A program made the position numbers and the translations under genes. Below, piece after piece: positions 1 to 11,658 of a stretch of DNA of 45,466 bases (the first letter of the stretch is position 1; the number at the start of each line of letters is the position of its first letter). Below the pieces are notes generated by a model that was given only the letters and a program-made list of their open reading frames with translations, was not told where the DNA came from and ran no database searches. The stretch lies in NCBI GenBank assembly GCA_049999805.1, contig JBNGIO010006224.1:158895-204360 (forward strand), written 5' to 3'. The stretch comes from Folioceros fuciformis (taxonomy: Eukaryota).

Positions 1-1241
1 GTGATCCAGCGCCAGAGGACAGGCTCGAGAGGAAGCCGAAATCGGAAGCCGGAGGTTGATTTGCTGGACCAAAATGTTGTGCGCCCCGATGATCGTGAAC
101 AAGGGGATCCGATCGCTCGATCCGGAGATTGTGTGACGCTGATAGATGCCCTCGGATTGGAAGATTGTGCAGCTGTATGCGCTGTCCAGTTTGATGGTGG
201 ATGAGACCGTGAAGCTTATCTGAAGCACCAGGATCACCTTCTCCGTTGGGGGGTAGTCTGCCCTGCGGATGATGTCTGCCGCCGAGTGCACTTTTATTAC
301 GATCCCGCCGGTTGTCGAACATGGTCCACCTTTTAAAGGGAGCCGGATATCAGGGCAGGTGGAGTGCGTTCATACACACTGGGAGCAGCAACTCAGGATC
401 ACGCAGCTAGACACCAGCTATGAACAATACTGCATGCGTGCAGTGACAAGTAGTACCTGCCGCTAATAACTGGACGAGGCTCAGCAACGCTCGGATGAAC
501 ACGAAAGCGAGAACCGCTCGACCCTTCATTGTGTCGCTCAGACTTTGTACCTTTGCTCGCTAGCTAGGTCCACGAAGCTTCTGGGACTCTTGCCCGTCTG
601 CAACCAACAGATTCAAGCAGTTACGGTGAGCACTCCGATGCGAGAGTGAATGAAAGGCTCTAGAGCAGGACCAGCAAAGGAGGACTCAATGGAGTGTCAG
701 AAAACATGGACGGAAGTGCGCAGAAAAGAAGGATGGACGCTGGTGGAAGCCAGTGGCAAGAAGCATCAGCCGCTCCATATAGTTAATGCCCTGTGTCCGA
801 TCACCAATATCTGCCGAGCACTAGAGTCACAGGCCGACACCTTTCTTCCATCGGGACAGAAACCATGGTGTCAGAGGAGCAGGACGAGGTGTAACATGGT
901 CACAGGAGACCTGGGTTGCCCGCAAGCAGCTTTCGGTTGTCCTTACCCATAAGAAAAGCATTCAATGCTGTTGGAGCTGCCCAAGAAGGAGCTTGTCCAG
1001 GGTCAAAATAGTCACCAGGGTACAGTCGACTGCTGTGCAGTACTATTCAGTTCGCACAAAACAATGTACGTATATACACGTTGTGCAAGGAGGCACTCAT
1101 CAGTGGGATCTCGTCCTGAGCTCCAAGATGTGCACACTTGACTTGTTCTAATTACTTTTGGCTGAAGCACAACCGATCAGGACGGGACGGTGTGTCCAGT
1201 CACCCCGGATATACACTGAAATCCCTTCACACTCCCACCTC

Positions 1242-1305
1242 CAGGCTCAAGTTTACGACAGATGGCGTCGGCAGGCTCAAGTTTCTGACAGATGGTGTCG
1301 GCAGG
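1242..1305. repeat. 30-bp tandem duplication
   Basis: caggctcaagtttacgacagatggcgtcgg is followed by caggctcaagtttctgacagatggtgtcgg. Confidence 0.85.
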
Positions 1306-1430
1306 ATGCCCGTCATCCGCAAACAAGGCGTTTCGTGAGTTGTCCCTGTTCGCCCAATTGAGTGGATTCAAAAAAATGAGCTCGAGTGAAGCAACTGTAA
1401 TCCTAGGAAGGACTAAACGATCGAGAAGCT

Positions 1431-3406
1431 CTAGGCGCTTCTCCTCCGTTTGAGGACCGTATTGGCATCACGCTCATCTCCATCAAGGACAGTTGCCTCA
1501 GGAGCGGCCCACTCAATGAGGTCACCCGGCTTTATGTCCTCTGATTCTTTCAAGTAGACTACAAAATCAAGATCGAAACCTCTCTCCTTCATCCAATTAT
1601 TCTTCTTGAGGAGTTCCTCTTCCTTCAACCGCAGCTGATGTACCAGGGTCTTGTTCAAAGTTTCTTTCGCCTCGATATTCCTTCGTCTTGCTTCATTGAC
1701 CGCATTCTTTGCGGCAATGAGATCATCCTTCCGTTCAAGCTCCTCCCTAAGAGACTCCAGCTCCTGAGCCTGATCGTCTAATAAAGAGTTTTTCCTCTGT
1801 AGTTCTTCCCTTGACGCGCGAATTAGCGCAATGCTCTCGGCCACCTGCTCTTGAACAATGCATATCACTGCACTCTCGTTCCCCAGCCTCCGCTTAGCAA
1901 TCTCAAGCTGCTCACCCGTGGCTTCCAGATTCTCCTGTATAACCAGAGGAACATGTCTTCGGAGCTCCTGCTCAGCTGACTCAAGGCGCTGTTTTGTTTG
2001 CTCTTCCTGCACTTTCGTGCACTCGGCCGCTTTTGACAAACGTGCCAACTCTGCATTGCGAATCCGAATCATGACAGTCTTCATTTCTATGACTTCCTCC
2101 AAACCCTTGATCACTTCGCCCAGTGTTGCCTTGCGATCTTCAATGACATTCCAAGCAACGGTAACCGTATTGTTCTCTCCAACATTAAGCGATCCTTGGG
2201 CATTGCCGAACGTCCTCAAGAACTTCCGATATACCTCGTCACCCCAATCCTCCCTTAGCCTCTGCAGCTTTGGGCTATCCCTTTCAATGGTCTGCGATCA
2301 GAAAGAACCAGGCCACAAGAACCAGCTTGAAGAGCTCAGTAAAATCACGACAGAACAACAAAACACGCACACACACAATAGCATCTCTCTAGACTTGAAC
2401 ATATACGACGTCATGAGCAAAAGGTCATGTCTGTCACGGAATACCAATGGGCCTCCGTGCAGGGCGTGCATATCCAGCTGACTGACATCTCGGAAGGCGA
2501 TTCCATTACAAGGTCCATACTCCTTAAGTGCTTTGGTGGCTACTTCCAGGTCCTACAAATCATGCATGGAACACTGACCAGATGCAGAGGCAGAGAGATA
2601 TTGCGTCAAAAGCGAAAGAAACCTTAACAAGCAAACACTGCACTCACTTTATCGGCTGAACCCTTGCGACTGCTAAGAGACTCGCGGATCTCCCCCACAT
2701 CGTTCATCAAGGATGTCACCAGGGTCGTCAACTCCGCCGGGGCCACTTCATGACTTTCTCCTCTGCGGCTCTACAGCCACAAAGACAATTAGGCGCACGA
2801 TCAACGCCTAAGGAGCCCGAGCTTCCAGACCTGCTGTATGCACCCCGACAAGCCAAGACGACTACACACAAACTGAATTTAACTACCCTCTCTAAACTAC
2901 CGAACAGGACTCACTCGAAATATCGCCGTCTCCCGCATCACCCGTTCGTCCACAAGCTCTTCAACCATGCCGGCAACAGTGCCCAAAGACCCGTACCGAG
3001 CCAAGCCGAAACCAGCATCGTCATCAAGGTCTTGCGCGCCGGCCATCCAGCCGTACAGGGGCCAAGGTAAGTTGCAGCACTCCGCCGGCTCCGCCACTTC
3101 GTTCTGGAGCCATAGCGCTGCCCAATTACGCCGACCTCGTCCCGCATCCTCAAAGAATCTGGCGAAAGCTTGCGCACTCATGTAACCATGCATGTCGCGC
3201 CTGAACTGCACGAACCCTTGAAGGTAAGGCTTGTGGGCAGCCTTCTCATGTATGACAACCTTCTGCGGAAGAAACTCAGAAAAAAATTGTGCAATCCGTT
3301 CCCTGGCCTCCACCAGCTTCCAATACCCTGGTATGTTAGTAATCACTCCTGTCCACGGCAACACAACCAAATCGTCGACCTGCTTCCTGGGAGCCCGTGT
3401 CTCCAT
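1431..3406 (-). CDS. XS + XH domain protein (IDN2/FDM-like, RdDM-associated family) with C-terminal coiled coil; 4 exons, ~551 aa
   Basis: Inferred exons 3406-2915, 2770-2648, 2552-2373 and 2291-1431 have GT-AG boundaries and keep frame. Exon 1 has XS motifs (DDLVVLPWTGVITNIP...FVQFRRDMHGYMSA...GRRNW...LYGWMA..DL). Exons 3-4 have XH motifs (DLEVATKAL...IAFRDVSQLD; DSPKLQRLREDWGDEVY...AWNVIEDRKATLGEVI), followed by a heptad-rich E/K/Q/L segment and a basic tail LKRRRSA. The exon 3 donor position is the least certain. Confidence 0.8.
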
Positions 3407-6400
3407 TTTCCCTCTCAATCAGCCACAGGCATGATCGGAACTGGGAACCCAGTACCCCCGTCAGCTGCACCTAGGACGGCAGGACAATGATGGAGACGAC
3501 CCCTTGCACCTATCCATTTGCTACGCACCAGCTTGACACCCCGAGCCTGCTATCCTTCTGCCAGGGCACCTACGCAGTCGTGCCGACCATAAACCCTGCT
3601 CACGCCTCTTAGTAGGGGGGCGGGATGCTCTCTGTAGCCAACAGCACTCCCCGAGTCTTGTAAACGATACCCTTTTTTCCCCCAAAAATTTTTGTACTTT
3701 GCGTACTATCCAAACCCTACATCTTAAAAACAAAAAAAAGTACACCCATCTTCAAAAGTCTTTGTGAAGGAAGGCCGTCTGACATTTTATACACCCACAC
3801 AAAGGCTGTCACACATTTTTTACACGAACAACAGTATGGTACCCTACGGTATATAGAATGTCTAGTCCAACCAAAGGTCTTTCGAGTTGCAACCAATTTT
3901 TAGAATCTCTACTAGTATGTACGTTATAATGTCTCTAGAATAGGATCTCTCCTTTAGAACCTTGGTATCCATATATAATATCTAAGGCATATCATATATC
4001 TCCTTAACTTAAACCCTAAACCCCCACCGAAAGCTTTCCCCAAGAACAAGGAGAGACACCAAATATGTTTCTTAATGCAAAATTGGTGGAAGTGTCAAAT
4101 CCATTGTGAAGTGATGGATTCATTTTGAAAGTGGTTGTTCTTCCCAATGTTTGTGTTGTACAAGTGTGCAACTGGTTGCAAATGCCACTTTCCTAAAGAT
4201 AGAGTTTGGATTTTCTACATTTAGGGTTTTCATACAATATTTATACCTTGGGACATAAGTTAAGAGTTTGCTACATTACAGGTTTGCCAAAGAGGTTTAT
4301 ATTTCCATACATACATAGGTTTAGGGTATGCTACATTTAAGGATTGTAGAGGATGCACAAATTGTATAAAGGTTTAGGGTTTGTTATATTTAATTGTTAC
4401 AGAAGATTTTACATGGAATGCCCATCAACTTTCTTTAGTTATGTTTTGGGATGGACAAGGTGTTGTGTGTCTAAAGCCTATTGTCTATTATGAAATGGGT
4501 TTTGGGATAAGTAAACTTGATTATGAGAGATAATGGAGATCTTGCGTGCATTGTGATGTGGGTACTTAAATAAGTGAATTGCCCTACTGATTTGGGGAAC
4601 CAAATAGGTTCCAAGACCATCCACGTTGTAAAGACCCTTTAATGGCATTTTAGATAGGTTTCACATTAAAACTCCAAAGCCAGTCATGCATCAACCGGGT
4701 GATTTGAATCTGTTAGAGAAAATGAACCATGCAAAAGACAAAGTGTGAATGTAGATGTACTTGTGGTAATATAGATAGTGTGTTAGAATCTTGTCTTTTG
4801 TTGCAGTGGGCGCTGTTGGTGGTAACATCAGCTGCCTTCTTTTAGGATATGCTGGACTGCTGGTCCGCATTTCTGTCCATTGTCATGGTGTTTTGTTAGG
4901 ATTGGTTGTTACTTGCTAAATGAGGTTTGATAGAGGTTGGGGGCACTGGAAAAGGGCATGCATGGCGGCTTGTTTGGATGGCTGTTTGAAGCCTGGCTTG
5001 AATAGCGTGTGTCCGACCAGGCCTCAAGACCAGACAGAGTAGTTGATCTGATCACTCTGATCGAGGAATTCCTGCCCGATCGCGATTCTGTTCCTTCAGA
5101 GCCTTTCGCTTCGCCGAGTACAGAACAAAATCAGTGTCCTTTGGCAGACACATGTGCTGAAAATGTAGATTAAATGCTGTTGCACTGCACTGTAAGATCA
5201 TGGCTCCGTGCAGTGCTTTAATTGATGCACCCAGGTAGAGAATGTATGCAGGTCTGCCGAAGTAGCGACTTCCCAGCTCAACCTGGACAAGAGCTACGCA
5301 GATAATTGACCCCATGACTGATTGAGGCCGCAAAAGCATAGGAGCAGGAATCACTGATGCTGGCATCAGCAAAGATCTCTTGGGAAGGGAGTTGGCCGTC
5401 TGTCCAACAGACAGGGTCCGTATGCTGGAAGTTTCTTCAACCCGGCTGTCATGTATTGTTATTTGAGGACCAGCCTCTCTTACAGGATGTCTTATGAATT
5501 GTAAATCACCTCATCTTCTAACACTTTAGCTGACTCCATCGATCTGCTAAACAGGCTAAAAGTTGATGGCACGATTTGTTATATGGGGAGTTGCCGACGA
5601 AGCAAGCGTGGTGAGCAGATCCTTTACCGCGTTCACCACTGTCGTTCCCAGTGTTTACATCTTTTTTGAATGTCATGTCGATTGTTTTGCCCTCTGCACG
5701 TAGAACACAAAAGCATGTATGTTATCCTGTCAGGTTTACAATAGTTGCAAGCCTCCTTGCCGCCCGCTGCTCCCAATTTATGCCCTGCTCGGACCAGGTA
5801 CAACCTTGGCCACAGGTGAAACTTTCCAACAGCATTTGAGATATTGTTGATCAGGCTAGCCCTGAAAGAAGTGTCAGCAAGGCGAGGAGCGGTTTCCTGT
5901 CATTTTTTCCATGCACAACTACTTCTATGAGTGTCTGCTCTGCAGATGGAGCAAAAGAGAATTCGGACCACCAACCACATGGTAGCACTGCGTAAAACGA
6001 TTACAGACATGAGCCCATGCTCTGTAGGCCGTCACTGGTGTCATGAATGAGTCACCGGGGCATGTCATGCTTGGGCCTTGAAGGTCTCAGCAAATTATTT
6101 GCTGAGACTTCCTTTCCTACGTGCCTATGAAACATTTCTTCCATTGACGATATGTAGTAGTGGGTACCGTTGGTGGTTTCAGAGAAGGAGGAAAGCCACG
6201 TTTCTACACATGGAACATCGATCACCTGTTCACCCTAATCACAAACAACATAGGGAGGGAGGAAGGAGGGCAGGATCCATCTCATTACGCACCCATGGTC
6301 GGATTATAAACTTCCAGGTTAAGAAGCCTGAAGGAACCTTCGTCGTCACCGGTCAACCCTAGCCCTAGGCCCCCAAGTTTGTACAGCAGACTCGCGCACT

Positions 6401-7351
6401 CTTGCCATATCGCAGGCTTCGCAGAAAGTAGAAATTTGGAAACCGCGCACAGATTTCTTCTTACTTACATTCTACCAGACGAGGTGAGTACAAGTGTAAC
6501 GTAGCTGGCTCTCGGTTTTCAGCATCTCCCCGCTTTCGTATCCTGCCGGCCTGCGACTCCGAAAGCCATATCATCCGGCAAGGTCCCGGTAGATTTAGGG
6601 TAATTCATCTGCCCATCCAGAGCATCCACCGAAACCGGCTTGTGTAAACTTTGGAGCAGGAGACCTTCTGGAGCGTAGCTGAAAACGTGGTGTGTCTGGC
6701 AGTTCGGTTCCTTGCAGTCAAAGTGAGCGGGACCCCTTCCTACAGTGCAATGCGTGTTGACGCACTCCAGGCAGCCATGGATCCAAGGATACCTTGTAAA
6801 TCACTCGTGGCTGCGACAGTGCTTTCATCCACAGAGAAATGGGGTCCGAATGCACAATTCACTTCATGATTCGAAGTCTTTAGAGTGGCAGGCAAACTTG
6901 CAGTCCACCCTTTCCCACATTTTCGGCCTCGGCTTCGGCCAAGGCCGAACCCGATCTTCCCATGGCCTTCGCTACCGCATGCATGTAATAATCTAGACCA
7001 TACCATGTTGGTTGGGAGGCAGAGCGATTGGTAGCTTCGAAATGCTACACGATTGGGACACCAACAGTTGCCCCATCGGTAACCGGGGACTCGAGACTGC
7101 CTGCACCTTCATATATATGTCTCCCGGATTCCTTTTTGCACGCTTCGCTTTTTCTAGGTCTGTCGTGCCCACTGGCATAAAAGCAGGGTTCTTGTTCTCC
7201 TCCATTAGCCATTACCATCGCCGCCAGTGCACTACGCTTTCGGAACTCAGCTCTGTAGTTTATTATTATATTATATTTAGCTTATTTTTATATTACAATT
7301 TTTAAAGTATCTCAATAAAGTTTGATATATTTTCTTATAATAATATTGAAT

Positions 7352-8610
7352 ATGGAAGATCAAGGGCAAATATTTTCTCACATTCTACCTCTACATGTAG
7401 ACTGGCAACAACCAATGACTCTAGTTTCTCAAGGTTCAGGTAGCATTGCCCAAGATGGAGGGGAAGGATTTCCTCACAATTTAAGTAAACAAGATCAAGG
7501 ACAAGTATCTACAAGTGAGCATTCCTGTGAGCAAGGTCATGGACAAGCATCTTCTTCATGTTCAACAGATAGGCTTGGTGGAGATGAAGAGTTTCCTCTT
7601 CATTTAAGTAAAGAAGGTCAAGGACAAGCATCACCTTCCTGCTCAAGAGATGCACCCACCATGAGACAACTTAGTTCCAGTCCAATATGGTTGGGTGGGT
7701 TGTTAGAGGTGACAAACATGCTCTACAAAGTTTGCAATATTCATAAGCACAAGCCAGGTTCTTTGTTAAGGAGTTTTTGTGTTTCGTGTACGAATAAGCC
7801 TCTATGTCGATGTTGTGTGGAAGAAGATCACTTCAACCACAAGATACTACAAGTGAGATCTGTGGCACATAAAGTTTGTGTACGCGTGAATGATATTTTG
7901 GAATTGGACAATAGTGTTGATTACACTNNNNNNNNNNNNNNNNNNNNNNNNNNNNNNNNNNNNNNNNNNNNNNNNNNNNNNNNNNNNNNNNNNNNNNNNN
8001 NNNNNNNNNNNNNNNNNNNNNNNNNNNAAATGGTATAACAGTTGGTCCCACCATATGCTCGGATGTGGAGGATATGAAATACAATGATTCAAAAAATGTG
8101 CTACAGGATGTTCAAGAAGATTATGCAAGCACCAACAAGCTTATTGGAAATAGAAAAAGGAAAGTAAAATTTCCTCTAGATAACTTGCAAGATGAACACA
8201 ATGAGCAAGCTATGATTTGCCATCCAGCTCAAAATAAAAGACAAAAAGTACAGTTTTCACTGGGTAAATTGAAGTGCGAAACCAATGAGCAAACTATGGC
8301 TTGTAAAAACCTGGAAACTAATAATTTACTACAAATTGACAAATATAGCGTGTGCAAGAAAACTATGGTGATCAAACAATGTTGTGAACAGTGTATCTCT
8401 AAAAAGTTACTTCTTTTTCCATGTGCTACATCATACATCAATATTAAAAAAACATTGTATGAAATTAAGTTACAATCTCCTTCAGTTGCATGTGTGATTT
8501 CACATCTTGTTATGAATACAAATTTGGATGTTAAGGTTATGAATGTTGAGAAAATTTGTAACATATATGAAAATGGAGATACATCTTGTGAAGATAGTAA
8601 TAGTGTATAA
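7352..8610 (+). CDS. Divergent PLATZ-like zinc-binding protein, interrupted by an assembly gap; may be a pseudogene or TE cargo
   Basis: PIWLGGLL...VCNIH...SFCVSC..KPLCRCCVEEDHFNHKILQVRSVAHKVCVRVNDI matches the PLATZ N-terminal Cys/His pattern and the following QIRR..YHDVVRV motif. ATG at 7352. Continuation after the N gap (8028-8610) is assumed, not shown. Confidence 0.65.
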
Positions 8611-8708
8611 TAAATTGAGAATTTTAACTCGTATGGGTGTCATTTGATTGTAATTATGAACAAAACACAAAAGGATGATATCCTCAAAAATAAAGAAACA
8701 AATTTGTG

Positions 8709-8740
<32 letters not shown>

Positions 8741-9740
8741 CTTTTTTGATTGAAGGTAAACTCTATTTGTGTCACTGACCATATTTTTATATGAGTAACT
8801 TTGCAAAAGTGCGACTAAGTTGCTGATATTGTGGTTCCATTCTTAATTTTATAAGCCTATTAAAATGTTCCAACGTGGAGTGCATTGGACATACTCTCAC
8901 TTGCAGCAAGTGGGTAGATGAGTGCACATAACCATAGTTTTCACAACCAATGAATTATTTTATTTTAGTGGAAAAAAATCAGATTATCATATCCTCGATT
9001 TGTAGTCCAAGATGACTGTAACATGAGGGGATATGACATGGTTGAAGACATCCCCTAATGGAGATTCCTACTAGCTATCCTTAAACAAGAGGAGGAGAGG
9101 TGAGACCATAGATATCCATGCCAACCTACCTTTGGGTGGGATGAACCCATAGTTAGATGATGCTAAGAAGTTATGATGACCATCTATATGATATTATTTA
9201 TGTTAGGTGTTATTGCACACATACAGATTGACTTGGTACACAGATGGGATGATGAATGGAGGCCGCATAATGGACGCATTGAAAGAAAGACAGGCATATG
9301 AGTTGAACGACGGAAGAAGAGAGATGCATAAACATTTGGGGCTTGACATGTGACATGGGTCCAGCGCCGCCGTACCGAGCAAATTTCACCTGGTCGCTCT
9401 CATAGTTGGGAGTGCGGACGGGTGGGAGTACGCAGTGACGCGCTGCTGGCCTCCCATGTCTGGTGCGCCAGCCCGTCAAATTGTGCGGCTGCAAACCCTG
9501 TTAGAGCGTCACTTACGGCTGAGTTGCTGTGCTGCCTCGCTCGCCCTGGCCTTCGCCTGGCCGCAATTCGCTTTCCCTTCCAATTTGCCTGCTGGTTGTG
9601 ACAGGTTGAGAGCGGGGGAGGAAGGAAGGACAGAAGGAAGGAAGGAAGAGGAGGACGCTGGCCAGATCCTCATTGCTCACCGGCAGATCTGAGGTTGCCG
9701 AGTTTTGGGGCGCTGCGCCTAGGGCCCGGCCAAGGACGCC

Positions 9741-10926
9741 ATGTCTGCGCAAAGCAGCTCCGAGCATTGCAGGTAAGTTTTGCGGCTGCCCCTGGTTCTT
9801 TGGCTAAGTCTGCAAGCACACTCACTACGCAATGCGCTGTGTCATTGTGGAAATGAGTGGGGGACGCGGTTTGGACGTCGTGTGTGGTGCGCAGACTCGA
9901 TGAGACTGGAGACGCCATGGTGCGCGCACAGAGGGTGTATCCAATCCCGCCGGAGGATGGCAAGCTGGGGATAGCGCGGCTGCTGCGGGACAAAGAGAGC
10001 GGACGAGTGGTGTACATGACGGTGAACACCAAGTTTGCCAACGTTTTTCTAACTGCGCTGAGCCTGCCGTTCAGCATCCTGCTTCTCATCTTTAAGGAGT
10101 CCACGTATCTGCCGCCGATCGGGGCCGTGCTCAACATGTTCCGGTCTATGCGAGGAAATGTACCGCCAGGAGCGAGCCAAGTGCGGGCTGACGGCAATGG
10201 ACCTGTGCCGAAGGCGGAGCCGGAGGAGCCCGACGAACATGTGCCGACGCTGGCAGATAACAGCACTGCTGCTTCTGGTGTCGTTGACGAGAACAGGGGG
10301 AAGGTTTACAGGAAGAGGAAAGCTCTCAAGTCAGTTGACAAGCAGATCCCAGTGGTAGCCAATCGGGTAACACCGAAGCGCTCCCCGGCGGAGCAGCGGC
10401 TGTGGCACATGCACATCTACAAGATGCTTGTGATGCACCAAGATCTTGAGATTAGCAGGATGGAAAGGAAGCAGTACCAGTGTCCTCATGCCATGACGCA
10501 ACAGAACTGCTCCATTCTGGTGTCGGACGCCAGAGGCAAGAATTGCATGCAGTGCGGATCGGAGATGACGGTGGAAGTGGTGCCTGAGAGTGGCCTCGTG
10601 CTTGTCAAAGGCGCATCTACTGTGGTATTTACGCATGAGCTAGAGGTCATCCCGCTAAGAAATGAGAATACGTTTCCGGAACTGGTGTCGAAGCAGAACG
10701 AGCTTCAGGATCTGTCCAAGATAGAGATGTGTGACATACCGGTTGGGGTTGAACAGGTACAGGTTGCTTCTCCTTTGCTTGTAGAGCCTGACCGCCCTTC
10801 CGCGTCCTTAACTTGTTTCGATCTACGGTGTGGCAGGTGTTGAAAATGGCTCATGCAGCAATGAGGTCTCACGCCCCGCTCACTGATGTTTTCGGCGGCA
10901 CAGAAGAGGCCTTCAAACCCTTTTGA
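9741..10926 (+). CDS. DUF674-family protein, copy 1 (3 exons, 327 aa)
   Basis: Exons 9741-9772, 9895-10756 and 10837-10926 (GT-AG, same positions in all 3 paralogs). N-motif RLLRDKESGRVVYMTVNTKFANVFLTALSLPFSILL...IGAVLNMFRSM and C-motif GLVLVKG..VVFTHELEVIP...VGVEQVLKMAHAAMRSHAPLTDVF match the plant DUF674 pattern. Confidence 0.8.
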
Positions 10927-11199
10927 ACGGATTGATGCCCACGATGAATCAAATGCTCAACTTGTCAGCACCGTGTATTGGTCATTAATTTATGGATATC
11001 CTCGTGAACAGAGAGTTCAACAACTGATGAGGGAACTTCCAAGGCTTCTTGATGTCACCATCTTAGCCTATACTACCGAACCCTCGGCTTCTACTTCGCT
11101 GCCCTAGTAGCTTGTGAAAATACTTCGCCATCATTCTGAGACCTTGTGTGGCCATCCGTCACTGTGGGCCTCGACCTGAGGTTGAGGACCATGGTTTTG

Positions 11200-11658
11200 A
11201 TGCAGTCTTTCCCAAGGCTGCATGTCTGGTTGCAACACCTGGTCGTGTTCCTGCATCTCACACTTCCCATCGCTGAAATCTCGGCCCCATTTCATTCCGT
11301 CTTCTAAGTATTTGGTGGTCACTTCATCCGGGGACACAATGTCATCTGCAGGACGCTGTGAGACATCCGCTGGTGGGACTCAAGCTGGCCATCTGTTACG
11401 TCTGAGCTTGTGTCACAGAGGAATGTTGTATGCCCCAGCGTGCCGGCGGCAGAGTAGAGACGTTTCTTGGGATCTGTACTTTGCGTGATGACCAAGCCAC
11501 GAGGAATGTGGAGCCCAAACGTATCTTTCCGCCCCAAGGAATGTCACTGGTGCCATCATTCGTTTGGCTGAGTTCTGTCGCAGAATACCTATGCTGGCCC
11601 TCCACATCCTTCGTTAGGGCAATTTTCCCCAGTAAAGATCAAGACAGCACAAGTGTGT
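11200..11658 (-). pseudogene. Frameshifted fragment of the Lsi2-type transporter (end of a TM helix plus central loop)
   Basis: Colinear nucleotide similarity to 36370-36830, e.g. ccacatccttcgttagggcaattttccccagtaaag vs ccacatcctccggtagggacaatttcccccagtaaag. Peptide remnants LYWGK, DVEGQH, DVTDGQ, SPDEVTT and EISA fall in different frames. Confidence 0.85.

Noticed and set aside
1858..2481. 207-aa plus-strand ORF and similar antisense ORFs over DUF674, Lsi2, AP3M and the LINE
   Set aside because: Shadow frames of real opposite-strand coding sequence
4010..4385. Interstitial telomere (scattered tttaggg/aaaccct)
   Set aside because: Only isolated single motifs in AT-rich sequence, also seen near 30180 and 45170; not an array
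7230..8970. CACTA element around the PLATZ ORF (CACTA at 7230, TAGTG at 8966)
   Set aside because: No extended TIR, no matching 3-bp TSD and no subterminal repeats
9853..9903. Apparent frameshift inactivating DUF674 copy 1 (ATG at 9853 hits TGA, 4 extra bases vs copy 2)
   Set aside because: This lies in intron 1. All three paralogs have a conserved upstream coding exon (MSA…) with GTAAG donors and in-frame CAG acceptors.
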